Of a stretch of 29,188 nt of DNA, positions 1 to 8,900 are shown piece after piece. Within the stretch, counting starts at the first letter, position 1; each line of letters starts with the position of its first letter. The position numbers and the translations under genes are program-made. The notes under the pieces are model-generated. The model was not told where the DNA came from. It did no database searches and worked only from the letters and a program-made list of their open reading frames with translations. Source of the stretch: a virus (lineage: Duplodnaviria; Caudoviricetes); the IMG/VR virus record IMGVR_UViG_3300035164_000463, positions 1-29,188 of that record; one strand, written 5' to 3'.

Positions 1-199
1 ACCAGTAACAGCATTTACCATTAGCTTGTTCACAACAACCTGATTGTCTTGCACAATCGTGGCATCTCATACCACGCTCATTGTAGATCCATTGTACACG
101 TCTACAAGAACCTGCTCCTGGAGCCAGCTTTGCCGCAGTAATCACACCGTCTGGAACACGGTCAGTTGTTACTTTTTTATAACTTGAATATGATGCCAT
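1..199 (-). CDS. Cys-rich putative virion protein, 5' part only (runs off the left edge); not in the supplied ORF track
   Basis: ATG at 199 after a GGAGAAGG SD. Reads MASYSSYKKVTTDRVPDGVITAAKLAPGAGSCRRVQWIYNERGMRCHDCARQSGCCEQANGKCCYW to the edge without a stop; 7 Cys in 66 codons. Confidence 0.8.
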   Translation of the reverse strand, partial: MASYSSYKKVTTDRVPDGVITAAKLAPGAGSCRRVQWIYNERGMRCHDCARQSGCCEQANGKCCYW

Positions 200-220
200 T
201 TGGTTCCTTCTCCAACAATT

Positions 221-676
221 TTATACAGTAAAGATACGCCAACCGTAGCTATTACCTGAATATACCAAATCAAACGCCGCGCCTTCTGAGTTAACAGTCA
301 TATTCGCCGCATCGCCTTGGATTAGTCTTCCGTTTCTAGCAATGGTTAAGTTATTACTATCAAAAGTTTTACGTAAATCGTAAAATCTTATCACATCACC
401 TGTAGCCGGGCTACCAGGAAGTGTGATAGTGAAACCTCCTCCATTTGTATCCACGAACAACTGCTCTCCTGAGTTTGCTGAATATGTTGTAGTTACTGTC
501 TTAGCACTTAAAGTACCAACTGGTAACCAGGCACTTTGGCTGACACTGTAAAGTTCCAACACGTTCAATGTTGTGTTGTATCTAAGTGCTCCATCACCTG
601 CTCCAGCAATCCTTTGTGCTGTTGTCCCATAAGGTATAGTTAAACCTGGTGAACCTACTGTAATTCTTCTTCCCAT
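221..676 (-). CDS. Small tail-fibre/baseplate-associated structural protein (151 aa)
   Basis: N-terminal 'PYGTTAQR...GALRYNT...LELY...W' module is shared with other fibres in this window. C-terminal 'VDTNGGGFTITLPGSPATGDVIRFYD...NNLTIARNG...LVY..GW' resembles T4-like fibre repeats. AAGGA SD. Confidence 0.7.
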   Translation of the reverse strand: MGRRITVGSPGLTIPYGTTAQRIAGAGDGALRYNTTLNVLELYSVSQSAWLPVGTLSAKTVTTTYSANSGEQLFVDTNGGGFTITLPGSPATGDVIRFYDLRKTFDSNNLTIARNGRLIQGDAANMTVNSEGAAFDLVYSGNSYGWRIFTV

Positions 677-695
677 TTTTTTCTATCCTTTTTTA

Positions 696-1022
696 TTATG
701 CCGGTACTGCTGTCTCGATACCCATGACAATCGCTGTTACGCTTGCCTGGTCCGATCTAACAATTACCTGCCTCGCCGCCTGAGCGACAATACCTGTTCT
801 CTCTAAAACACCGTTTGGTCCTACTGCTACATCGTATTCGAGGTAGTCCGAAGCACCTGGTGAGCCACTTGTTGCAACCGCAACCCTTACATTGGCTGTA
901 TTAGTACTATGTCTGTTACAAATAGAAACCGTTACAACACTGTAAGTGTCCGAAGGAACTGTGTACACACTGGTATCGCTGTTTGCAGAAAGATCTGTTG
1001 ATCCTAATATTCCTGACGCCAT
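696..1022 (-). CDS. Small beta-rich virion protein (108 aa), paralogue of 11885..12214 and 19876..20220
   Basis: 'VYTVP...V.VSICN' start and 'GIV....QVIV.S' end are shared with the two paralogues. GGAG SD and GATAAATA box upstream. Confidence 0.7.
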   Translation of the reverse strand: MASGILGSTDLSANSDTSVYTVPSDTYSVVTVSICNRHSTNTANVRVAVATSGSPGASDYLEYDVAVGPNGVLERTGIVAQAARQVIVRSDQASVTAIVMGIETAVPA

Positions 1023-1040
1023 TTTTCACTCCTATAGTTA

Positions 1041-1048
1041 TATTTATC
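1041..1048 (-). promoter_or_regulatory. Late-promoter-like GATAAATA
   Basis: Intergenic, about 20 nt upstream of ATG 1022. Confidence 0.55.
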
Positions 1049-1058
1049 CATATTGTTT

Positions 1059-4000
1059 TTACTTCACAAAATACGAGAATGCAACTGGGGATCCTGCTAC
1101 ACCTCCATTAAAGTTCATTCCCGTAGTAACTGTAATCGGACTATTGTCAGTTGTACCAATTGTATTACCAGTAATGTTAATCTTACCGGCTGTTACTGCG
1201 TTAACGTTTAGACTGCTTGAACCTCCACCAATTTGTGAATTGATGTAAGTAATTATCGCCGCCTGTGTCGGAACAACATTATCTGAATTTGCACTAAACG
1301 TACCGTCTGTACTAAATTCATTAATAGTTGCTCCACCTTGACCAAGTCCAACTGCACCTAGTGTCAACTCTTGTAGTCCTGCTAGGCTAAATGCACTTGT
1401 ATTCAAGCTCGCTGATCCAGTTGATTGTTCAACGTTAAACAATCTACCAACTCTAAAGTTACCATCTTGGTCAGTTGATGTGTAGAATATTCTACCTCCA
1501 CCGGATTCTGTTACTTCATCGTTTGCGTCTGCTGGTACTGAAGGAGTTCCTGGATAGTTTGTACTTGCAAAGTTACCTGTACCAATATCTAAGAAATCAT
1601 GTCCTGTTAATCTAACTTGACTGAATCTCTTTCTGATAGTTAAGTTAGCACCGTGTATTGGAGCTTTTTCAATTCCTAAGTTAGGTGAAACTTGCAAGTT
1701 TGCCGCATAATTTCCTGCACTACCTGTCAGCTCTCTAACAAAAACAACTTTGAAGAACCTATCATCACCTGCAATTTCTAAGTTTGCTCCAGGTTCTGGT
1801 ATGTCTGTCAATCCATAAGCATTTAAGAAGTTAACTGATTGGAAAATATCTCCATATCCGTTACCGCTTACTGTTCCGCCTGCTGTTTCAAAATCAGTTC
1901 CTCTATTTGTCCATGTAGGTTGTTTTAATACACCGTCTCCTATTCTAATTTGGAAAGGAGCTTCAATAGTTTCATTTGGATCAACTATTGTCATTGTTGG
2001 TGTTGAAGTATATCCAGAACCAGGATCAATTATAAAGAATTGTGTTATTCTTCCTGAAGCAACTTTGGCTCTAGCAACTGCACCAGTTCCACCTCCGCCT
2101 GAGAATATAACTCTTGGTTCAATTGAATATTGTGTAGTAGCATCAAGTGTTGCCGCAATACCGTTTGAATGGTGCCATGTATTCCACCCGGCAGTGTTGT
2201 CTGATTCTTTAGCAACGCTGGCTACTTTTGTTCCAGGATTATATGCAGTAATTTGTCCATATTGTCCTGCGCCTGTACCAGCTGTAATAACAATTCTCAT
2301 ACCAACATATTTTGTGCTGTTTGCAGTTTCAGTGTTTGAAAGTGTAATACTACTTGCGTTACCGCCCTGTGCAGTATTTTCACTTGATACGTAACCTCTA
2401 CCACCAACTGTATCTGGATCATTAAGAGATCCATCCTGATCAACGTCATTTACATTATAAGTAGATCCATCATCTGGATTTCTTAATCTAATTTCAAAAA
2501 TACCTTTGTTTGCATAATTTCCATTAGCAATCGCGGCTCCGTAACCGTTACCAGTTATAGTGTAAGATGAACTTGAGTAGGCGTTTCCAGCATTAGTGTA
2601 TTCGAAGTGTATAATTGCACTACCGTCTGTTAATGCTCTACCAATTTGTGCTTCTAGTTTTCTGTTATCAACTCCACCTGTAATTGGTACTTCTGTAACA
2701 TCTATAAATTCTGATACAGCACCTTTGTCACCGTATGAACAGTTACCATTAGTACCTCTAATCTTACCACCATTTTCTGCAAGATATCCAATGTGTCCGT
2801 AGTATGAGAACACAGAAACAAGTTCTGCTCTACCTAAGTTTGTAACCCATGCACCAATACCATCACTTAAAACCTGCGTAAAGTCATTAGCAACGATCGA
2901 ATCATTACCGCCATTGTGTAGGTTACCATCAACCTTCATACCAATACATGCTGTACCAAATGTTGTAACACCTTGTACATATGGAGATCTTGTTTTGATC
3001 CATGTTCTATCATCGTCTGGTCCCCATCCTGGATCTAGTGATGCATACGCACCTGCTGTTGGACGTTTGGTTCCATATGCGTTTGCAGATCCTAATGTAC
3101 CAGTTAAGCCACTAACAGTCATATTTCTTAAACCTGTTGCATCTCTAAACAAGAACATGTTCTCAAGAATTGAACCTCCTGATCTAGCAGAGTTAGAATA
3201 GTACATACCATTCATTAATGTTTGATAATTTCCTGTATATATTAAATCATAAATAAATCCATTGATATAGGCTCTTACATCTCTTTCGCAAGCCGTAGAG
3301 TCAAAACTATATGAAGGATAATTTACAGTGATATATTTCGTTACATCTCTAGCAATAAAATCTTTGTTTAGTTCTAATAATCTAATAGCTGACATTTTAT
3401 CTAAATCATCAACTCGTGTATTGTTTCCACTAAAAGTTGGTGCTGTTGAATCTCCAGAAGCACCGTTTATTTCAAAGTTAATTTTATCGTGTAGTTGTTG
3501 ACATAGTTCTTCAAGTATATCACCTACTGCTGATGTACTAAGAGGTTTTGAAACATTTTGAGATAACGCATTTCCTGTCTGTGCTGTTACTGAAGCACCC
3601 TCAACAATGTTATCAATTATTGATTTCATATGTAATATTCCAGCAAGTGAATATGTTGTATCAGTTGATTGTGTTTGCTGACCTGCTGGTAGAACTTTTG
3701 TTGAACGTAGTTCGTCACCTTGTATCGCACATCTTTCTGGAACTCTAATAGGAAGAACCTCTTTGTATTCACCTGTTTTTACAAAAATAACAGTATGTTT
3801 GAATACTTCTGCTGGAATAGTATAACCTGCACCAAGTGAAACAGCTGATGTAATTAATACCATGTTAGCTGTTATTTCTGCTACTGCACCTGATTCTGCT
3901 GGGTAATTAGTCGCATCTTTGATTTGTAAGTATCTATCTGCAGAAGGAACACTGTCAAGTGCTTGATAATCTGCTGACGGTGTTGCACTATTAATAACAT

Positions 4001-5891
4001 CTGTTGCAATGCTAATTACAAAATTTAGTGCCGCAACGTTCTGTGTTTCAGATCCTGTGTCAAAATAATCACCACTTACATTGTCTTTCATCGCTTGAGC
4101 AACTCTACGTGTTTCTCTATTTCCACCTTTTGCAAGATCAATAATTAATGCATCAATGGCAAATGCCGCTAGTCTTTCAAACTTGGCTTCATTAAAACTA
4201 AATCCAATAAAGAATGGCGCTGTTTGTGAAATAATTTGATATTTTGCCCATTTGGCTGTTTCATATGCAATAAATCTTCTGTTCACTTTTAACAAGTAAC
4301 CAGCATTAGGATTTCTTGCTCCGGCCTCAATTGCTTCACAAGCCGCTCTAATGGTTTTCCAAGGACGGTCTAATGTTGCACCGTTTGTTGGATACGGATT
4401 ATCGGCTCCGTTAGTACCAACGTAGTATACATCTGGTGTTGAACCAAAGTCTTTCCATTCTGGTAAACCGCCTGCACTTACGCTTAATACTTGACCTTCT
4501 TTACCAATTGGTAATCTAGTTGGACCTGATCCACCATAATAAAGTAAATCACCCTGTGTAGTAATTGAACTTTCCTCAGCACCTGATGCCAAGTTTTTCC
4601 AATAAGTGCCAGAAGTATCATTATCTGGTCTTTTTGCTGTGTCTGAAGTGTGTGCTAACACACAAATATAACTGATTAAACCATAACGAACGGCATCACC
4701 TGCATCATAAAGTGTTGCAGTTGTCCAAGTGTCTTTCCATTCAATACCTTGATTTAATCTTCCCCAATAAGTTGTGTTTGGAGGACGCTGTCCTGTACTG
4801 TTGGCTGTTGCAACATAAGTGTAACCACCTAGTCTTACAACATCACCAATTCTATATTCTTGGTTTGTTGAGTCTGCTCCCCAGTCACCTCTTAAATTAA
4901 ATCCAGAAGTAACAAGATCCCATTTTGAACTTGATGCAGGAACTTCACCATATACATTTACATTCGCTACATATTGGTTACCACCATAAGTTACAAAGTC
5001 ACCTGGTTGATATCTTTCATCACCTTGCCAAGTATTTTCAAATTCTAAACCAGGAACAAATTTATCCCATTTAGTAATATCAGCTTGTAGTGTTCCTAAT
5101 TGTGAGTCTGGATTTGTTGCAACCGAAGTATGGTGTGTAGTACAAATCCAAAGTGTTGCACCATACATTACTACATCATTTACTTTATATCTGTAGCTGT
5201 TTACCCATTCACCTAAGTATTCAATGCCTTTGTTAAAATAATCCCATTTGGCTTGATCTGCTTCTAAACCATTTGCCGCTGTGGCATTTGATGTGTGTCC
5301 GGTATTACAAAGATAAAGAGTACCACCATATTTTACAATATCATTAACTTTGTATCTTGTATTGATAGCCCAGTTAGTTTTCCAGTCTTGACCTTCGGAG
5401 AATAGGTCCCATTTTAAAATATCAGCTTCAAGTCCAAGTGCATTAGTGGCCGCGGCAGTATGACCAGTGTTACAAATGTAAATGTTTCCACCATATTTTA
5501 CCAAGTCGTTTGCTTTATAAACTGTTCCTGCTACCCAGTTGTCTTTCCAGTCAATTGATGTAGCAAACTGATCCCATTTTGATTGATCAGCTTCTAGTGT
5601 TGCTTGTGCTGTATGTCCAGTTCTACAAATGTAAATGATACCACCGTATCTTACAATGTCATTTACTTTGTAAAAAGTTGACTGTGACCAGTCAGCTTTC
5701 CATTGTGTACCATCACTAAAGTTATTCCAGTTTGATACGTCATCGTAGAAATTTGTAGTGGATGTATGTCCAGTAACACAAACATAAGTTCTTCCGCCGT
5801 ATCTAATTACGTCATCTTTTAGATAAGCAGTTGAAGCCGTCCAGTTATCTTTCCATATAAACCTTATTCTACCTAGTTTAAATTCTGCCAT
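1059..5891 (-). CDS. Giant virion fibre/appendage protein (1610 aa): 8 N-terminal CBM5/12-like repeats, beta-helix-like core, conserved C-terminal 'SQVRLTGHDFLDIGTGNF' region
   Basis: Repeats W-x5-Y-x2-[ND]D-x-V-x-YGG-x2-Y-x-C-x3-H-T-[SA]; 'TTQGDLLYYG' neck motif; 'YYVGTNG.D...G.T.DRPWKTI' beta-helix cap; colinear with the 1857-aa ORF. Confidence 0.85.
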   Translation of the reverse strand: MAEFKLGRIRFIWKDNWTASTAYLKDDVIRYGGRTYVCVTGHTSTTNFYDDVSNWNNFSDGTQWKADWSQSTFYKVNDIVRYGGIIYICRTGHTAQATLEADQSKWDQFATSIDWKDNWVAGTVYKANDLVKYGGNIYICNTGHTAAATNALGLEADILKWDLFSEGQDWKTNWAINTRYKVNDIVKYGGTLYLCNTGHTSNATAANGLEADQAKWDYFNKGIEYLGEWVNSYRYKVNDVVMYGATLWICTTHHTSVATNPDSQLGTLQADITKWDKFVPGLEFENTWQGDERYQPGDFVTYGGNQYVANVNVYGEVPASSSKWDLVTSGFNLRGDWGADSTNQEYRIGDVVRLGGYTYVATANSTGQRPPNTTYWGRLNQGIEWKDTWTTATLYDAGDAVRYGLISYICVLAHTSDTAKRPDNDTSGTYWKNLASGAEESSITTQGDLLYYGGSGPTRLPIGKEGQVLSVSAGGLPEWKDFGSTPDVYYVGTNGADNPYPTNGATLDRPWKTIRAACEAIEAGARNPNAGYLLKVNRRFIAYETAKWAKYQIISQTAPFFIGFSFNEAKFERLAAFAIDALIIDLAKGGNRETRRVAQAMKDNVSGDYFDTGSETQNVAALNFVISIATDVINSATPSADYQALDSVPSADRYLQIKDATNYPAESGAVAEITANMVLITSAVSLGAGYTIPAEVFKHTVIFVKTGEYKEVLPIRVPERCAIQGDELRSTKVLPAGQQTQSTDTTYSLAGILHMKSIIDNIVEGASVTAQTGNALSQNVSKPLSTSAVGDILEELCQQLHDKINFEINGASGDSTAPTFSGNNTRVDDLDKMSAIRLLELNKDFIARDVTKYITVNYPSYSFDSTACERDVRAYINGFIYDLIYTGNYQTLMNGMYYSNSARSGGSILENMFLFRDATGLRNMTVSGLTGTLGSANAYGTKRPTAGAYASLDPGWGPDDDRTWIKTRSPYVQGVTTFGTACIGMKVDGNLHNGGNDSIVANDFTQVLSDGIGAWVTNLGRAELVSVFSYYGHIGYLAENGGKIRGTNGNCSYGDKGAVSEFIDVTEVPITGGVDNRKLEAQIGRALTDGSAIIHFEYTNAGNAYSSSSYTITGNGYGAAIANGNYANKGIFEIRLRNPDDGSTYNVNDVDQDGSLNDPDTVGGRGYVSSENTAQGGNASSITLSNTETANSTKYVGMRIVITAGTGAGQYGQITAYNPGTKVASVAKESDNTAGWNTWHHSNGIAATLDATTQYSIEPRVIFSGGGGTGAVARAKVASGRITQFFIIDPGSGYTSTPTMTIVDPNETIEAPFQIRIGDGVLKQPTWTNRGTDFETAGGTVSGNGYGDIFQSVNFLNAYGLTDIPEPGANLEIAGDDRFFKVVFVRELTGSAGNYAANLQVSPNLGIEKAPIHGANLTIRKRFSQVRLTGHDFLDIGTGNFASTNYPGTPSVPADANDEVTESGGGRIFYTSTDQDGNFRVGRLFNVEQSTGSASLNTSAFSLAGLQELTLGAVGLGQGGATINEFSTDGTFSANSDNVVPTQAAIITYINSQIGGGSSSLNVNAVTAGKINITGNTIGTTDNSPITVTTGMNFNGGVAGSPVAFSYFVK
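4590..5850 (-). repeat. Array of 8 ~50-aa Trp/Tyr-rich carbohydrate-binding-module-like (CBM5/12, ChtBD3-like) repeats
   Basis: Units include WTASTAYLKDDVIRYGGRTYVCVTGHTS, WSQSTFYKVNDIVRYGGIIYICRTGHTA and WAINTRYKVNDIVKYGGTLYLCNTGHTS. Boundaries approximate. Confidence 0.75.
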
Positions 5892-5918
5892 TTTTTGCTC
5901 CGTTCTTGGTATTAAACA

Positions 5919-5926
5919 TATTTATC
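5919..5926 (-). promoter_or_regulatory. Late-promoter-like GATAAATA
   Basis: Intergenic, upstream of ATG 5891. Confidence 0.55.
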
Positions 5927-5927
5927 T

Positions 5928-8900
5928 TTATCCATTAAACTCGTCTCTATCAGTTCTACCTGCTAAGAACATGTTTAAAGCCTGTAGTCCGCCCCCTAGT
6001 GGACCGTTTACTGTGAATAGTGGTCCTACACTTGCCATTGCATCTGGAACATTAGATCCAGCTGTGTTTGACATAGTTCTTCCACCCATTCTGATTTGTC
6101 CAGCGGTCAATTCGTTTGTAAACAGGTTAGCACCACCACCTGTAAATCTGTTTTCAATGTATGATTTCAGTGCTCTTTGTGTAGGTACAATACTGTTTGA
6201 TGACGCAACAAACGTGTTTTCTGTTGAAAATTCTCTAATTGTTGCTTGTGATCCACCTAAACTGATTCCACCTAATCTTAATTCACTTAATCCAGTAAGA
6301 TCAAAGAAGTCTGCACTTAAGGTCACTCCGCCTTGTGCTTGGCTAACTTTGAACAGTTCACCGACTCTATAGTTACCGTCTTGGTCAGTTGATGTGTAGA
6401 ATACTCTACCACCATTTGACTCAACAACTTCATTTGCTTGTTCTGTTTCATTTGCAAGATTTTGTCCAAATACGTAAAGTCCTGGATAGTTTGTATTTGC
6501 AAAGTTACCTGTACCAATATCAAGGAAGTCATGTCCTGTAAGTCTTACTTGACTATATCTTTCTCTCAAAGTAGCTGATGTTCCGTGTGCAGGAGCAGTA
6601 GCTCTTGTTATTACTGGAGATACTTGGAAAGTAAGTGAAATATTAGGACTTGAGCCACTACTTGCAGTAACTTTTACAACTCTATAAATTGTTGTATCTT
6701 GTCCAGCAATTCTAAAGTTAGCACCTGGTCCAGGCACTGAACTTGCGCCTTCAATTTTCATAGTATTACCAATCTGTAATTCTTCTGCAAAACCATCACC
6801 TGAAAGTGTTATCAAAGCACTTTGATATCCTGTACCTCTGTTATAAAAATGTGGTTGTGGTAAAACTTTATTTTTGATTGAAGCTGTGAAATATGGCTCG
6901 CCATATTCTTCTGGATCGTATATTGTTATAGTTGGTGCTACTGAATATCCGCTACCCGGATCATAAAGTTTGAATTTATCTATCTTTCCATTTGCAATTT
7001 CAACTCTACCAATTGGTTTACAACCTGTTGTAATAATATTTCCTGTATTAGTTTGATTCATACCTACAAAAGCTGGTAAGTCATTCTTTAATCCACCAAC
7101 TATCTGTGTAAGATTTCCACTTGTGCCTTTTATTTTCCAAACATATCCGTTATTGGATTGTAATGTTGTGCCTGTTGAACTAACAGCTAAAAATACACCC
7201 TGTGTATATGCAACTTTCCAATCTTCTCTACCTGAGTCACCAACTAATCCTGAATCGTACCAAGTTGAACCATCTGCACTGTAAATTATTCTATCAGCAT
7301 TATTTAAAGAAGCAACCCAACAGTTGTTTCCAAACACTAAATCACTGTATTCCTCTGTACCATCTAGTGTTACTGCACTTCCAGAAGACCAAGTAGCTCC
7401 GCCATCTGTTGATATAGATGTAGTACCTGTTTTACCTATTGCAATCCATTTACCGGCTCCGTATGCAAGTCCAACGTTATCATTAGTTGCCGCTGTTTTT
7501 GTTTCCCATGTAGATGGAACAATAGTTGAAGTTCCGTCTGTTGTAAGTGTAGCTTTGTATAAGTTTGTAGAGTTATCAGCACAAACAATTAAAGTGTTCC
7601 CGTCTGATCCACCTAACTGGGCTCTTGTAAATTGATGTGCTCCAGGTAGGATTGATGTATCCCATGTAATACCATCATTGGAGAATCCCATGGTTGTGTC
7701 ATTATTTGCAACACCAACTATGAGAGAACCTTTTTTACTAAATGCTTTCCATTGTCTACTTCCCAAAGATGTTGTTGTTGGTCTTTCAGTCCAAAGCGAG
7801 CCGTCTGTAGAAACATACCAAGTAGCTGTCCCTGTAATTGCATAATAAAACATTCCTAATGAATCTGAATAGCCTATATCGTGTGCACCTGCCGCCACAC
7901 TATTATTTGTTTGTGCGTATGGTGGATCTGAAAAACTTACTCTTGGTTCATATTCATATTCTGTTGTTGCATTAAGGACCGTAGCAGAAACTTTACCAGG
8001 AACAATATTATCCCAACCAGGCTGTCCATCACTTTCTCTGTAAATTGTTGCAGTTTTTGAGGCAGGATCATAGTTCCAAATATATCCGTATTGTCCGGAT
8101 CCTACTCCTCCTTTGAGAATGATCCTCATACCATTTAGCTGAGCGGCTGTTCTTGCTTCTGATGCCGCTAAAGTAATTTGGTCTGTATCTCCACCCTGTG
8201 CATTGTTTGCCGCAAATTTGTAACCTCTACCACCTATATTTGTACTTGCATCATTTGGTGGAAGATCAAGTGTAATTTTATCAATAGCACCGTTTCTTGT
8301 TTCTTTCCATCTCATATCTAAACCAGTACCATTAGCTTGTGTGACACTTGGTGTAACTGATGTATAATTTTGCCCGTTGTTATTATACGCTAATGCTAAA
8401 ACATTTGTATTTCCTACAATAAGATCTTCTACTCCTGCTTCACCTGTTCTATTGTTTACAGTTACAGTTTGAGGAGTTTCATTTGTATCAAAACCTTCAG
8501 CTACTGATCCAAAATCTCCATATGAATTGTTTCCGTTTGTAGCTCTAAGTATTCCACCGTTTTCTGCAAGATAACCTATGTGTGCATAATAGGTAAACAC
8601 TGAAACAAGTTCTGAACGTCCTAAATTAGTTGCCCAGTAACCTATACCGTCACTTAATACCTGTGTAAAATCGTTAGCAACAATTGATCTATTTCCGCCG
8701 CCGTGTAAGGCTCCGTCAATTTTCATACCTACACAGTTATCACCTATTGTTGTAACACCCTGTATATAAGGAGATTTACCTGCTTGTATTCTTTCCATAT
8801 TTACAGCACCTGCCGCCGCACTCTTGAATAAATGTGCAGTCGTATTAGAGCTTATACCTACGTTCATTGTGATAGAGTTAGCTGTAGTTCCTGTAATAAG

